A stretch of 64,000 nt of DNA from Octopus vulgaris (taxonomy: Eukaryota): contig OX597815.1 in the NCBI GenBank assembly GCA_951406725.2, forward strand, positions 20,088,001 to 20,152,000, in the 5' to 3' direction. The stretch's first letter is position 1; each line of letters opens with the position of its first letter. Position numbers and translations under genes: made by a program. Below, piece after piece: positions 24,652 to 36,831 of this stretch. Under the pieces are notes generated by a model, which saw only the letters and a program-made list of their open reading frames with translations, searched no databases and was not told the DNA's origin.

Positions 24652-24689
<38 letters not shown>

Positions 24690-24767
24690 ATAAGGGTAGA
24701 AAATTGATATTAATCAATTAACTGATTATCGTGTATTTTCTTTTACCCGACACTTAGAACTTTTCAT

Positions 24768-25288
24768 CACACTCCACGTGTGTGTATATGTGTATATATG
24801 TATGTGTGTGTGTATGTGTGTGTGTGTGTGTATGTGTGTCTGGGGGGCGAGTGTGTGTGTGTGATTATATATATATACATATATAATCACACACACACGA
24901 TGGGTGTCTTTCACTTTCCGTCTACGAAATCCACTCACAAAGCTATAATCGGCCCGAGGCTATAGTAGAAGACACTTCCCCAACATGCCATGCGGCCATG
25001 CGGCCATGCTGGAGCACCGCCTTTTAGTCGAGCAAATCGACCTCGGGACTTATTCTTTGTAAGCCCAGTACTTATTATATCGGTCTCTTTTGCCGAACCG
25101 CTAAGTGACGGGGACGTAAACACACCAGCATCGGTTGTCAAGCAATGCTAGGGGGACAAACACAGAGACACAAACACATACACACACATACATATATATA
25201 CACATATATACGACAGGCTTCTTTCAGTTTGAACCCGGAACCATGTGGTTGGTTAGCAAGCTACTTACCACACAGCCACTCCTGCGCC
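24768..25288 (-). mobile_element. Rearranged (permuted, internally deleted) family B SINE; left arm of an inverted duplication
   Basis: Family B segments are out of order and joined by (atggccgc)n. 24768-25141 is the reverse complement of 26746-27126. Confidence 0.8.
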
Positions 25289-26014
25289 TATCGCGGGTTC
25301 ATAACTGAATACTACAACATTTGGCCATCGAACAGCCGGTTCTGGTAATCCGCTCTTCACCGCCCTAATAATCTTGTAATATAATAAAACGCTTATTAGT
25401 GGCCCTGTCGGTCACGGTGTACGCTGTAGGGAGAGAATAGTAAAACAATAGACGAAACGGAGAGCGTGGCGGTGTGAGATGCTAATTTAAACCGACAATA
25501 TTTAAAGGCTTTGCTCCCAAGACGCCAGGGAAAGAGGAGTAGAACAAACGGAGTGGCAGTCAGAGGCGGCTTAAATGCAGGCGAACTGTAGTGAGCTCTG
25601 AAGCCAACAGTATTTACATGAAATTAAATTTGTCATCGTTATATTTATCAATTTCACATACACGCACACATACTCACACACACTCACACACGCATATACA
25701 CATACACACGGAGAGGCACAAACGTTATAATTAAATGGTTTTATCGATCTAAAACATTTAAGCAAACGCGCGTGCGTACACGTTCATGCATTCGCACATG
25801 CATATGTATGCACATGCATATATATATATATACACATGAAGAGGCACAATGGCCCAGTGGTTAGGGCAGCGGACTCAAGATTGTAGGATCGCGGTTTCGA
25901 TTCCCAGACCGAGCGTTGTTAGTGTTTACTGAGCGAAAACACCTAAAGCTCCACGAGGCTCCGGCAGGTGGTGATATATATATATATATATATACATACA
26001 TACATACATACATT

Positions 26015-26067
<53 letters not shown>

Positions 26068-26149
26068 GAGGAAAGTATGTTTATAAATAAATATGCGTGT
26101 GTATGTGTGTGTGTATAGATATATATGTATCTACCTAACTATAGATGTA

Positions 26150-26744
26150 GAGGGTGCGGTGAATGTAATGTGCTCTAAATTACGCAAATATGAAAATAAC
26201 ACTGACGTCTCATTGTAACAGATATATTTACCAAAATTACATAAAAGTATTTTGAAAAACTGAGGAGTAAATTTATTCTATAAAATCCCCATTTTAACCA
26301 CGGCATCCAGACGACTTTGGAATCTCCTGCAACTCTTCTGAACGGTCCCCTTGTTTAAGTTGATGAATGCTACCATAATCATTGTCTTCGTTTCATCTTT
26401 GGTGTTACAAGGAGTTTTGTTGGTCTCTCGCTCAGCTGGGCCCCACACATAATAATCAAGGGAGTTGCAGTCTGGGAAGTTAGGTGGCCAGATGTTAGGG
26501 ATGATGTGATCGCAGAAATTGTCTGATAGTCATGGGTGGCTTCTGCTGCTTGCGTGGCATGGGACGGAGTCCTGTTGTCAGACATAAGATCTTCTAGCAG
26601 CCACCCTCTTCACTCAGGGCAGCACTGCACCCTCCAGACACTTGATGTAGGCCTCTGTGTTGAGTGTGAGGCCGTGTGGGAAGATGAATGGAGGCATAAT
26701 ATCGCCATTACTAGTGATCACTCCAGACACCATAATGTTGACTG
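26150..26744 (-). pseudogene. 3' half of a mariner-superfamily DD37D (maT-like) transposon with right TIR
   Basis: NIMVSGVITSNGDIMPPFIFPHGLTLNTEAYIKCLE...YV*QQDSVPCHAS...IWPPNFPDCNSLDYYVWG. 37 residues between the second and third Asp. End TA|gagggtgcgg. In-frame stops. Confidence 0.85.
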
Positions 26745-26745
26745 G

Positions 26746-27126
26746 TTGACAACCGATGCTGGTGTGTTTACGTCCCCGTCACTTAGCGGTCCGGCAAAAG
26801 AGACCGATATAATAAGTACTGGGCTTACAAAGAATAAGTCCCGAGGTCGATTTGCTCGACTAAAAGGCGGTGCTCCAGCATGGCCGCATGGCCGCATGGC
26901 CGCATGGCATGTTGGGGAAGTGTCTTCTACTATAGCCTCGGGCCGATTATAGCTTTGTGAGTGGATTTCGTAGACGGAAAGTGAAAGACACCCATCGTGT
27001 GTGTGTGATTATATATGTATATATATATAATCACACACACACACTCGCCCCCCAGACACACATACACACACACACACACATACACACACACATACATATA
27101 TACACATATACACACACGTGGAGTGT
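26746..27126 (+). repeat. Right arm of the inverted duplication of the chimeric family B SINE
   Basis: Shares private features with the left arm (ggggggcgag in the TG tract, atggccgc repeats, same chimeric junction). Confidence 0.85.
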
Positions 27127-27279
27127 CAACAGTACAGCATGTTGTTTCCAAATTTCTGTCAGAGTGAATTGTGTCATGGTGCTGTCTTTCTCACAGACGG
27201 TACCCAACTGGCTCTACTATACTGTGTAGTCAAAAATCAAAGTCAAACAATGCGCATGCGCGAGATTGAAGGTATAATA

Positions 27280-27510
27280 TATTTCTTTACTACCCACAAG
27301 GGGCTAAACATAGAGGGGACAAACAAGGACAGACAAAGGGATTAAGTCGATTACATCGACCCCAGTGCGTAACTGGTACTTAATTTATCGACCCCGAAAG
27401 GATGAAAGGCAAAGTCGACCTCGACGGAATTTGAACCCAGGACGCAACGGCAGACGAAATACGGCTACGCATTTCGCCCGGCGTGCTAACGTTTCTGCCA
27501 GCTCGCCGCC
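27280..27510 (-). mobile_element. SINE family A monomer
   Basis: Full length. TSD attgaaggtataatat at 27265-27280 and 27513-27528. Confidence 0.92.
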
Positions 27511-27554
27511 TAATTGAAGGTATAATATGGTGACAATTCACCCATCGCAGCCTG

Positions 27555-27633
<79 letters not shown>

Positions 27634-27634
<1 letters not shown>

Positions 27635-27787
27635 GGGAGAGTTTACGAAAAAAACAAAAGACGAAGACAGGTGGTGTACAAAACAAACAGATGTATTAGT
27701 TTAACGCTCGGGAATAGAAAAAGGCTTTTACGTATCGAGCCTACGCTCTTCTACAGAAAGAGACACAGAAAACAAGGAGAGAAACAA

Positions 27788-27788
<1 letters not shown>
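27634..27788 (-). mobile_element. Solo pseudo-LTR fragment related to the Neptune-type element, in (TA)n, with degenerate hammerhead
   Basis: Similar to 19236-19410. Fold CTTT CTGTAGA A GAGC-GTAG-GCTC GAT ACGT A AAAG (GAA changed to GAT). Confidence 0.8.
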
Positions 27789-27827
<39 letters not shown>

Positions 27828-27900
27828 TTCGTGGTGGTGTATATATGTAGATAGATAGATAGGTAGGTAGGTAGGTAGGTAAATAGATAGATAGATATAT

Positions 27901-27950
<50 letters not shown>

Positions 27951-27967
27951 GTGTGTGTGCGTGTGTT

Positions 27968-28006
<39 letters not shown>

Positions 28007-28047
28007 ATATATGCATGTATGCATTTGTATGCTTATATGTATTTATA

Positions 28048-28108
<61 letters not shown>

Positions 28109-28328
28109 GTATATATATGTATATACATGTGTGTCTGTGTATACACAAATATATATTATGCTTGTGATATTTTCAACCGAGACGTTACATCTTATTCTTC
28201 AAGTATATATGTATTGCTAATAATTGTTAATAGTTTTTCCCCATTGTGTTGATGTGATATGCCATTTTCTGTGATTAATTGTCGGAATTTTGCTCACGAG
28301 AATGCTAGTAATAATAATAATAATAATG

Positions 28329-28385
<57 letters not shown>

Positions 28386-28388
<3 letters not shown>

Positions 28389-28942
28389 GCCCTGATGCAG
28401 TACCAGGCAGTGGCTCTCATGGCTTCTGATCTTAAGTGATTGGAAGTGTTATCATGTACATTGTTTTGTCTTGGTATAAAAGATGGGCTACAGCAAATAT
28501 TCTGCTCAATACCACAGATTTGCTTGTCAGTTGTTTGACCTTAACCAGTTGAGCATGTCCCTTAGTGGCTGACGATATGTGCATCTCTAATCACGAGCAG
28601 AAGTAGTGGGGGAGCATCATAGCCATGTGTTGAGAGGGATTCTTTGGGGTTTGAATAGTTCACCTCTGGAAACATGGGTGGTTCTTTCAACATCCTTAAA
28701 CAACCCTTATTCAGGGACCGTTTGAGCGGGATGGGCTACTCAACCTGAAGAAAATTCTAACTGGGCCCCACCTGCAAGGTCATGTGCTGTTTATCTTGAT
28801 ATGAGATCACCATGTCGCGCACATATGGTTGTGATGCATGTGCCTGGTGTACCTTTATCAGACGGGTAGTCATGATGGGTATATTGAGCTTCGTATATTT
28901 TACCCCAGTGTTACTTTGATGGCATGAACTGCTCTCTCACTC
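28386..28942. repeat. Probable interspersed repeat of unknown class embedded in (TAA)n
   Basis: Mixed-composition block bounded precisely by (TAA)n tracts and adjacent to R4/Dong-like fragments. No recognisable ORF. Confidence 0.4.
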
Positions 28943-28980
<38 letters not shown>

Positions 28981-29299
28981 GATAAATGGCAAGAAACATC
29001 TCTCAATGGCAAATACCCAATGAGAGCAAATAATGTAGATGTTGACAAAACCCTGACCCATCAATGGCTAATGGCCTCTGGCTTAAAATCTGAAACAGAA
29101 GGGTTTATCATAGCAGCTCAAGATCAATGCCTACCTACAAGGAACTACCAGGCCAACATATTAAAGAACGGCCGTAGCCTAACATGTCGTGTATGTCAAC
29201 TTGTACAAATACAAAGCAAAATTCAAACATATAATAATAATAATAATAATAATAATCATAATCATAATAATAGTAATAATAATAATAATCATAATAATA

Positions 29300-29349
<50 letters not shown>

Positions 29350-30160
29350 TTGATTAACATATTTAACTAGCCCAACATGTGGTGTATGTCAACAACAAAA
29401 TGAAACCATTGATCATGTTGTCTCTAAGTGCAGTCTTCTTGCGCCTACAGAGTATCTCCACAAGCATGTAAGAGCTGCACAATATATTCACTGGGTAATT
29501 TGCAAAAGCCTGGACTTGCCCCATGATAAAAACTGGTGGGAATACAAACCACCTCCAGTGCTTGAAAATGGTCACATCTCACTCCTCTGGAACTTCACCA
29601 TTCAAACTGACAGAAAAATAGATGCAAATAGTCCAGACATCATATTGAAAGACTTCAGACAAAAATCATGCCTCCTCATTGATATGACTGTCCCAATCGG
29701 TATAAACGTACCTGTCAAGACCTACCAAAAACTGAGCAAATATAAAGATCTTGAAATAGAAATTAGCAAAATGTGGAATCTGAAGACTAAAACAGTAACT
29801 GTTGTCATAGGTGCCCTCGGCGGAATGATAGCAAAAGAGACTGATTGCTACCTAGCTCAGATACCAGGAAACCCCAAAATGGCAGAAATTCAAAAGATAG
29901 TGCTCATATCCTACGTATAATAACTGCCCATATTCTACGTAAAATACTATGTAATCTCAAATTTTAAAGCAAACATAATTTTCTTATGGTTCCTTAAACA
30001 TTCTCTAGAACAATACTATGTACAAAACCAAATATATGGCACCCTAAGCATAACACCAGCATGAACATCTAACTTGTTGTCTCTTGAAGTTTCTGGGTGA
30101 GACTTGGAGCCAACTTGTACAAATGCAAAGCAGAAGTCAAACATAAAATAATAATAATAA
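28981..30160 (+). pseudogene. 5'-truncated R4/Dong-like non-LTR retrotransposon (CCHC finger plus restriction-like endonuclease) in (TAA)n
   Basis: LKSETEGFIIAAQDQCLPTRNY, CRVCQ..ETIDHVVSKC, LLWNFTIQTDRKIDANSPDII..LIDMTVP, KLSKYKDL, VVIGALG. (TAA)n tail. Confidence 0.9.
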
Positions 30161-30372
30161 CAGGAACTATCCCTAAATATTTGAACAGATGGATAGAGGA
30201 AATAGGCATAAAACCCAGTTTAGTACAGCTACAGAAAACAGTGTTATTAGGGACAGCTAGGATACTTGGAAAGGTTCTTGGCATCTAAGGTAACCCGATG
30301 TTATGAATTTTTCTTTTCCAACAGTCTAATCTGTCGTGTGTATACGAATGATGATGATGATGATGATGATGA
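30161..30372 (+). pseudogene. Extreme 3' fragment of a second RLE-type LINE with (GAT)n tail
   Basis: GTIPKYLNRWIEEIGIKPSLVQLQKTVLLGTARILGKVLGI*. Confidence 0.75.
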
Positions 30373-31097
30373 TTTCTAACATGGGCACGTGATCAAAAAG
30401 CTTGTTTCAACCACAGTACTTAAGTAGTACTGATTTAACCGACTTTGGAATAATGAAAGGGGCAAAGTTTACCTCGACAGGAATTGATCACAGAACATAC
30501 AAGAATGTAACTAAATACAGATTCTGTCACACATACCGTTTGTGTCAGTCCGCCGTCTTAATATTCAATGATTTCTTTTATTGGCACAAAACCATACATC
30601 CTGAGAGGGAGGTTACTGTATTCGATTGAATCGATCCTAATACGTAATTGGTACTTATTGTATCGATCCTGTACAAGAATAATGGGAAGAACTGACAGAT
30701 CCCCGAATCTCCTTCATCACATCGTATCAGAAACCAATACTGTAACAATTTGATATTTATAGGCACGCGACTATATAACTATCATCTGAAAAGATAAAAA
30801 AAAAACTACCAAAGTTTCCACAGATAATTTTAAAGGATGGCCATATACACTTACTTCTCGTGTCCCAGGTAACCATCTGAAGAACTCTATAAGAGAAAAG
30901 CAGAGCAGCTTCCATCAGCTTGCTGGTGCAGCAACTAGCGATATGAAGCATGAAGAATCATATACCCAAGGCTATACATGAAAGAATTTTAGCCCAAACT
31001 TAGAACCGTCAATAACGAAGATGTAACTTTTCTATGATCGTAGTTTAATTAACTAAAACATTATATATGTGTGTAAACACAAGCACACACACATTTA

Positions 31098-31882
31098 TGT
31101 GTGTGTGCGCGTGCAGGTGTGTGCGCGTGCAGGTGTGTGCGCGTGCAGGATGTGTGCGCGCGTGCGCGTGCAGGATGTGTGCGCGCGTGCAGTTGTGTGT
31201 GCGCGTGAAGGTGTGTGCGCGTGCAGTTGTGTGTGCGCGTGCAGTTGTGTGCGCGTGCAGGTGTGTGCGCGTGCAGGTGTGTTCGCGTGCAGGTGTGTGC
31301 GCGTGCAGTTGTGTGTGCGCGTGCAGGTGTGTTCGCGTGCAGGTGTGTGCGCGTGCAGGTGTGTGCGCGTGCAGGTGTGTGCGCGTGCAGGTGTGTGCGC
31401 GTGCAGGTGTGTGCGCGTGCAGTTGTGTGTGCGCGTGCAGGTGTGTGAGCGTGCAGGTGTGTGCGCGTGCAGGTGTGTGAGCGTGCAGGTGTGTGCGCGT
31501 GCCGGTGTGTGCGCGTGCATGTGTGTGCGCGTGCAGGTGTGTGCGCGAGCAGTTGTGTGTGCGCGTGCAGGTGTGTGCGCGTGCAGGTGTGTGCGCGTGC
31601 AGGTGTGTGTGCGCGTGCAGGTGTGTGCGGGAGCAGGTGTGTGCGCGTGCAGGTGTGTGCGCGAGCAGGTGTGTGCGCGTGCAGGTGTGTGCGCGTGCAG
31701 GTGTGTGCGCGTGCAGGTGTGTGCGCGTGCAGGTGTGTGCGCGTGCAGGTGTGTGCGCGTGCAGGTGTGTGCGCGTGCAGGTGTGTGCGCGTGCAGATGT
31801 GTGCGCGTGCAGGTGTGTGCGCGTGCAGGTGTGTGCGCGTGGAGGTGTGTGCGCGTGCAGGTGTGTGCGCGTGCAGGTGTGT
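31098..31882. repeat. 16-bp minisatellite (gtgtgtgcgcgtgcag)n
   Basis: Directly visible tandem array with 18-bp and point variants. Explains the overlapping ARAGVCACRCVRVQVC ORFs. Confidence 0.97.
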
Positions 31883-31922
31883 ATCTACCCCTTTTGATGT
31901 TTGGGAATTCTCTGATGTTTTT

Positions 31923-32006
31923 TCGGCTGACGAGTACGAGCCATCTGTATTTACTGCATTTTTTGTAGCTTATTAAAGATGTCCTCGTACGAAACAATTG
32001 TACCGA
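31923..32006 (+). ncRNA. Type I hammerhead ribozyme with extended helix II
   Basis: TCGG CTGACGA GTACGAG...CTCGTAC GAA ACAATTGT A CCGA: palindromic helix III, GUA triplet. Confidence 0.88.
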
Positions 32007-32482
32007 GATTTTAATCCATTCTTGTTGCTTTTTCCTATTTATATATATATATATATATATATTGGGTTTTGGAGCGGAAAAGTTCATGGCTTTAAGGGTG
32101 CTGTGAAAGGCCGTGTTGGAGGCCCAACCTTCCGAGTTCTTCTACAGGACTTAAAAATACTGAAGGGCCGCTGCAATAAGTGTGTGAATCTGAAATGGGG
32201 ATATGTCAAATACAATCACAATTAACTGATTCTCATGTATTTTCTTTTACCCGACACTTGGAACTTTTCAGCACACGTTATTTGTATTACGACCCCATGA
32301 CGTTTTTTGTAGTCCAGTGTTTTGTTTCTACACATTGTCAACAAGGGGAATTTTACACCCGGGGTAATTTTCACAGAGAAGGTTGTTCCACGTCCATGCG
32401 TACACCAATGTTTTGAATACACATACATGCATAAATACATGCATACATACAGTCAGACAGACAGACGGACAGACAGACAGAC

Positions 32483-33305
32483 GTGATGATAGTAACATCG
32501 ATCATCAAAGCAGTTTATCATGGCCATACAGCCGGATTACTACCTCCCACTTTGAAGAGTATGCGTTTGCAATCCAGGAACAGGAAATATAAACCAAGTA
32601 CTTGATGCACAAAAGAGATAGAGATGCAGGAAAAGCTATAAAATGTGACAACCTATGCAGACTTTGTGGAGTTCACACTGAAGATATCACCCATATCATA
32701 AGTAGTTGCCCAAAAAGGTCACCACAGTATTACCTACCGATGAGACATGACGTTGTAAATGAAATCTGTCGGAAGGATAATCCCGAGGACAAAGAAATAA
32801 GAACCCACAATATGGTAGAAGCGATAGCCACTCATAATAAAAAAGAATATTGGTGAAATGTACCAGTGAAGACCTCAATAAAATGTAAGCACAACAGACC
32901 TGATATAATGATTTGGGATAAAGAAGAGAAACTGTGCACAGTTGTGGAAATTAGTTGCCCAGCGGATGTTAACATAAAGCTGAAGATCAGTGAAAAAGAG
33001 AACACCTATGCTGAACTATTACAAGTTCAGGTTTATACCTGTAATTATTGAGCCCCTGGGATATGTAACACAGTGCCTAAATACCAATCTTGAAAAATTA
33101 AGCTTCTCAAAACCAGAAAGGAGAAAGCTAATTCGAAGACTACAGATCCAATCCATCACTGGAACTGTGAAAATCTGTAAAACTTTCCAGAAGTTTATCA
33201 TTTAAATATGTGTGAGCTTGTCTAGGTATGCAACTATATGCATAAGAATACATACATAAAACATACAAATCTTCACATACATACATACATACATACATAC
33301 ATACA

Positions 33306-33330
<25 letters not shown>
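32483..33330 (+). pseudogene. 3' fragment of an RLE-type (R4/NeSL-like) LINE with (CATA)n tail
   Basis: FAIQEQEI, CRLCGVHTEDITHIISSC, RHDVV, HNRPDIMIWD..VVEISCP, FIPVII.PLG. Stops and frameshifts. Confidence 0.85.
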
Positions 33331-33338
<8 letters not shown>

Positions 33339-33469
33339 GTTGATGTTGACATTTCAATGAAGGAGCCTTGGATCTAGGTTAGAAACCGGTTCTTCTATTG
33401 GCAAGAAATCTTGAAATAAACTGAATACATACATACATACGAACGTACGTATGTATATACATACATACA

Positions 33470-33892
33470 TTATGGCTGCCCCCTCGTTATCGAGTATGGC
33501 CATTGCACGAAGCTTAACTGTTATTGGTGCTGTGTTCAAATGTGACTTTTTAGCCCAGCCAAAGATCTAAAATGTCTTGTACAGAATTGGCAGCTAAAAC
33601 CTTTACCGGCAATAACCGGCTGTAGTTGTAACTGGGCTTCATGTACCTTTGCATGTCATTTAAGTCCTCCTGCCGAATTACACTCTCTTCCACATGCCCG
33701 ACAGATATGATTAGTATGGTGTGTTACACCACCACCAGTGGCCAGGTTGTCACTCATCTGTCTCGTTTTATGACTACGAAGATGACTCTTGAGTCCAGCT
33801 TTACTGAGACAGGGTCTTGCACAGACATTGCATGTCAGCATCAAAGGAAGACCCTTCCCTTCAGGAAGTGTAACAGCGATGCCCCTCTCGAC
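33470..33892 (-). pseudogene. 3' end of an RTE-like LINE with three C2H2 zinc fingers, in (CATA)n
   Basis: CNVCARPCLSKAGLKSHLRSH, CRACGRECNSAGGLK, FSCQFCTRH. 3' UTR atggccatactcgataacgagggggcagccataa followed by (TATG)n. Confidence 0.75.
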
Positions 33893-34585
33893 ATACATAC
33901 GTACATACACGCATACATACATACATACATACATACATACATACATACATACATACATACATACATACATACATACAGCATTATATAAATGTAATATGGA
34001 AAACATATAATATTTTATGCTTCATAAAATTTAAACATCTTTCGTTAAATTACTACCAGGATTATATAATTACTGTTGAAACATATAATCTTGCTAAAAA
34101 TTACTTCTGTGTTTAGCAAAAATTACAACTGGTGTTAAATACTCAATAAGTATACCTGTTGTGAAAATTAACAACATTGGTAGTATAATGCAGTATGAAA
34201 TAAACAAACAGATCAAAGAGTTTCGAATCCCCGCTTTACTATATTTAATTGGAAACAACCATATCAATGACTTTAATAAGAGCAACTGTAATAACATTGA
34301 TAATACCAACAGCAGGGATGGTGGCTATAGTGCCAGCATTCCTATCATAAATCAGTGTCAGGTATGCTGTGATTAATTAATTGTCAAGGTTATGGTAACA
34401 ACCACAGACTCTCTGCTTCTGGCAGACAGACAAATCTGTCGGACGATGTGAACTTCCGGTGTACACCACCTGCCTTTCACGATTTGCACGCACACCTGAC
34501 CCACTTCGTTGCGCCCCAAACGAGATGGAAACTATGTTTCGAGTGCTTTTCTCTCATTTCTCTGCCAAACTAGATAGATAGATAT

Positions 34586-34656
<71 letters not shown>

Positions 34657-34812
34657 AAAAGACAGAAAGACAGATAGACAGATGAGGCGGAAGTGTAACT
34701 TGAATATTCACGCGTGAGTTTTTAAACACATTTAACTTCTTGCTGTGTAAATGATGACACCATTAAATTACTATTTCCCCTATCCCTCCTTCCTCGCTTT
34801 CTTTCTCTCTCA

Positions 34813-34862
<50 letters not shown>

Positions 34863-35654
34863 GTTTCCCTCTCTTCCTCTCTCTTTCGCTCTTTCTCTCT
34901 TTCTCTCTTTCTCTCTCTCTCTTTCTCTGTTGCCAAGAAAAATTATCAAAGTGATTAAATACAGCATTTCTAAAGACCTCTTAAGAGATCGGCCACTCCT
35001 CTTGCACAGAGGGAATTGTTGCTTATAATAGCTATAAAGTACAAGCACCCTAGGACAAAACTTAATTACTTTGATACAAATTTGCATAACAGTATAAGAG
35101 TTGGCAAAACGAATAAATTAACTAATAGCCACACTACATAAGGTAAGTAGAAATGTCAGGAAACTTACAAGGGAGTGTTTTAAAACTCACATCTTGACTC
35201 ACTGTGAAAAATTAGACAGTGCAGTTAAACTAAAGGCTTTTCTCTGTGCAGTTAGGAAATGGCATCGCTCTGATTACTTTCAGCATTTATCAATGTCTCA
35301 TCAGGAGTCAATTACTCACTTCTTGTCCACAGAGAATATTAGCTTCTGCTTATTTTTTCTCTCTAGTATATGTGAACTCCATTAGAAATAAATTGAGCTA
35401 CCTAATTTGCATAACGGTGCAAGCAAACGTTTTTAAGATTATTGGAAATGTAAGGTAAATCTTGTGAACTTGTCTTTACTCTCTGTTTCTACATATTTTA
35501 ACCATGTTCAGATTCATCAGATCGATTATATTTTCTTGCCACAGCGAAAAATGTTTCAGGTCTAATGACGGTGTTCAATTCTCACTAAAAACACACAGAC
35601 CCTGTCTATCTGGTTATATGTCTACCTATTTATCTATCTATCTGTCTGTCTGCC

Positions 35655-36322
35655 GAGTCTATCGTCAATATCGTCACGCCTCCTTCGTGCAAACGGTAAG
35701 GAAGAGCTATTTTCATCATACTTATATATGGCGAAAGAATGTATCTGGTGGACGCGTCTGAAAGGATTAGAGACAAACACTGTCCTCTCTGGTCAATTTT
35801 TCATCAACTTCTTCAAGTATCACTTGAAAAGGAAAGTGAGAGTAGAGAGGCAAGTTTTGTCTAGCGAATGTTTCAAAAAAAGATGGGTGAATGTAGCAAG
35901 GATGGCACGTATGAATGACGAAGCCACCTTGAGCATAATCCTATGAACCCGGAAAAATATAAAACAGAGAGTTACTTACTTGCAAATAAATGTGTTAACA
36001 TGTGACATTATTGACCAAGGTTACCGTGGTCTTTTCCGTAGGCTTTTCTTTCCACGGATAAACCTTATCTGCTTCCCCCTTTACACTTTACATCATGACA
36101 TTTCTGTGATGCACGATCCCTATTGATCGATTTTTCTTCTTTTCTTTTTTTCTTTTCGTTTTTCTTTTGTCTTTTAATTTTTTTTTCCTTTCTACGATCC
36201 CTTTTGATCGAAAACCTACCCCACTCCTTTTTTTTTATCTCTCTCTCTCTCCAAGAAGAAAAGCTCTACTTTCTAATTTGTCCCGTCTGTGTCCAGCCCT
36301 GTGTGGCTAATAAAGAAACATA
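35655..36322 (+). pseudogene. 3' end of an L1/Tx1-like LINE
   Basis: AKECIWWTR...FFKYHLKRKVRVE....FKKRW C-terminal pattern, T-rich 3' UTR, AATAAA at 36309. Confidence 0.55.
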
Positions 36323-36831
36323 GCTATCTGTCTATCGGTTACTTTGTCTATCTAACTATGTATGTATGTTTGTATGTATGTTCTCTTTGTCTTTCCCTTT
36401 TTTAATTTAGAATAAGTTTTGACCGGTCACCTGTTATGAAGGAAAGCATCTTTTGTTCATCAGCCTTTAAATCTTAAGAAGGTTTTACTGACTTATTTAT
36501 AATCCCAGTCATCGTGATCATTTGTAGCGTATGAATTAAGGAATTGCGTTCTCTCTCAGCCATACTTTGCACCAGACGGGTTGGCACATATCTCGTTGCT
36601 CCAATAATAACAGGTATGGAGCTGAAAGTGTTTCTTTGGTACTAGATTTGCAAATTCCTTATCAATGACCCCCACATGTTCACTTCCTCATGTTTCTAAC
36701 AACACTGGTGTCCAAAAGGCAGCTGATTTCCACAACAGAGCATCCTTTTCCGCATGTATGTATATGTATACATACATACATGTATGTATGTATGTATGTA
36801 TATATGTATGTATGTGCAAGAATATGTATGT

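Larger units (their letters stand above)
19233..24653 (-). mobile_element. Penelope-like retroelement (Neptune-type), near full length, with direct pseudo-LTR repeats, inserted in (TA)n
   Basis: 19233-20160 is repeated almost identically at 23727-24653. Encloses an RT + GIY-YIG ORF. (TA)n at both ends. A hammerhead-like fold in each repeat. Confidence 0.95.

Noticed and set aside
31067-32087. Cys/Arg/Val-rich and His/Thr-rich ORFs up to 330 aa
   Set aside because: Translations of a 16-bp minisatellite that lacks stops in all frames.
32110-32152. Minus-strand gtcCTGTAGAagaactcggaaggttgg as another CUGUAGA-type fold
   Set aside because: Core resembles the variant family, but the GAAA, cleavage triplet and helix I are not clearly present.
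35267-35308. Minus-strand CTGATGA...GAAAGTAATC hammerhead-like string
   Set aside because: Mismatches in all three helices and no cassette or microsatellite context. Could be chance.
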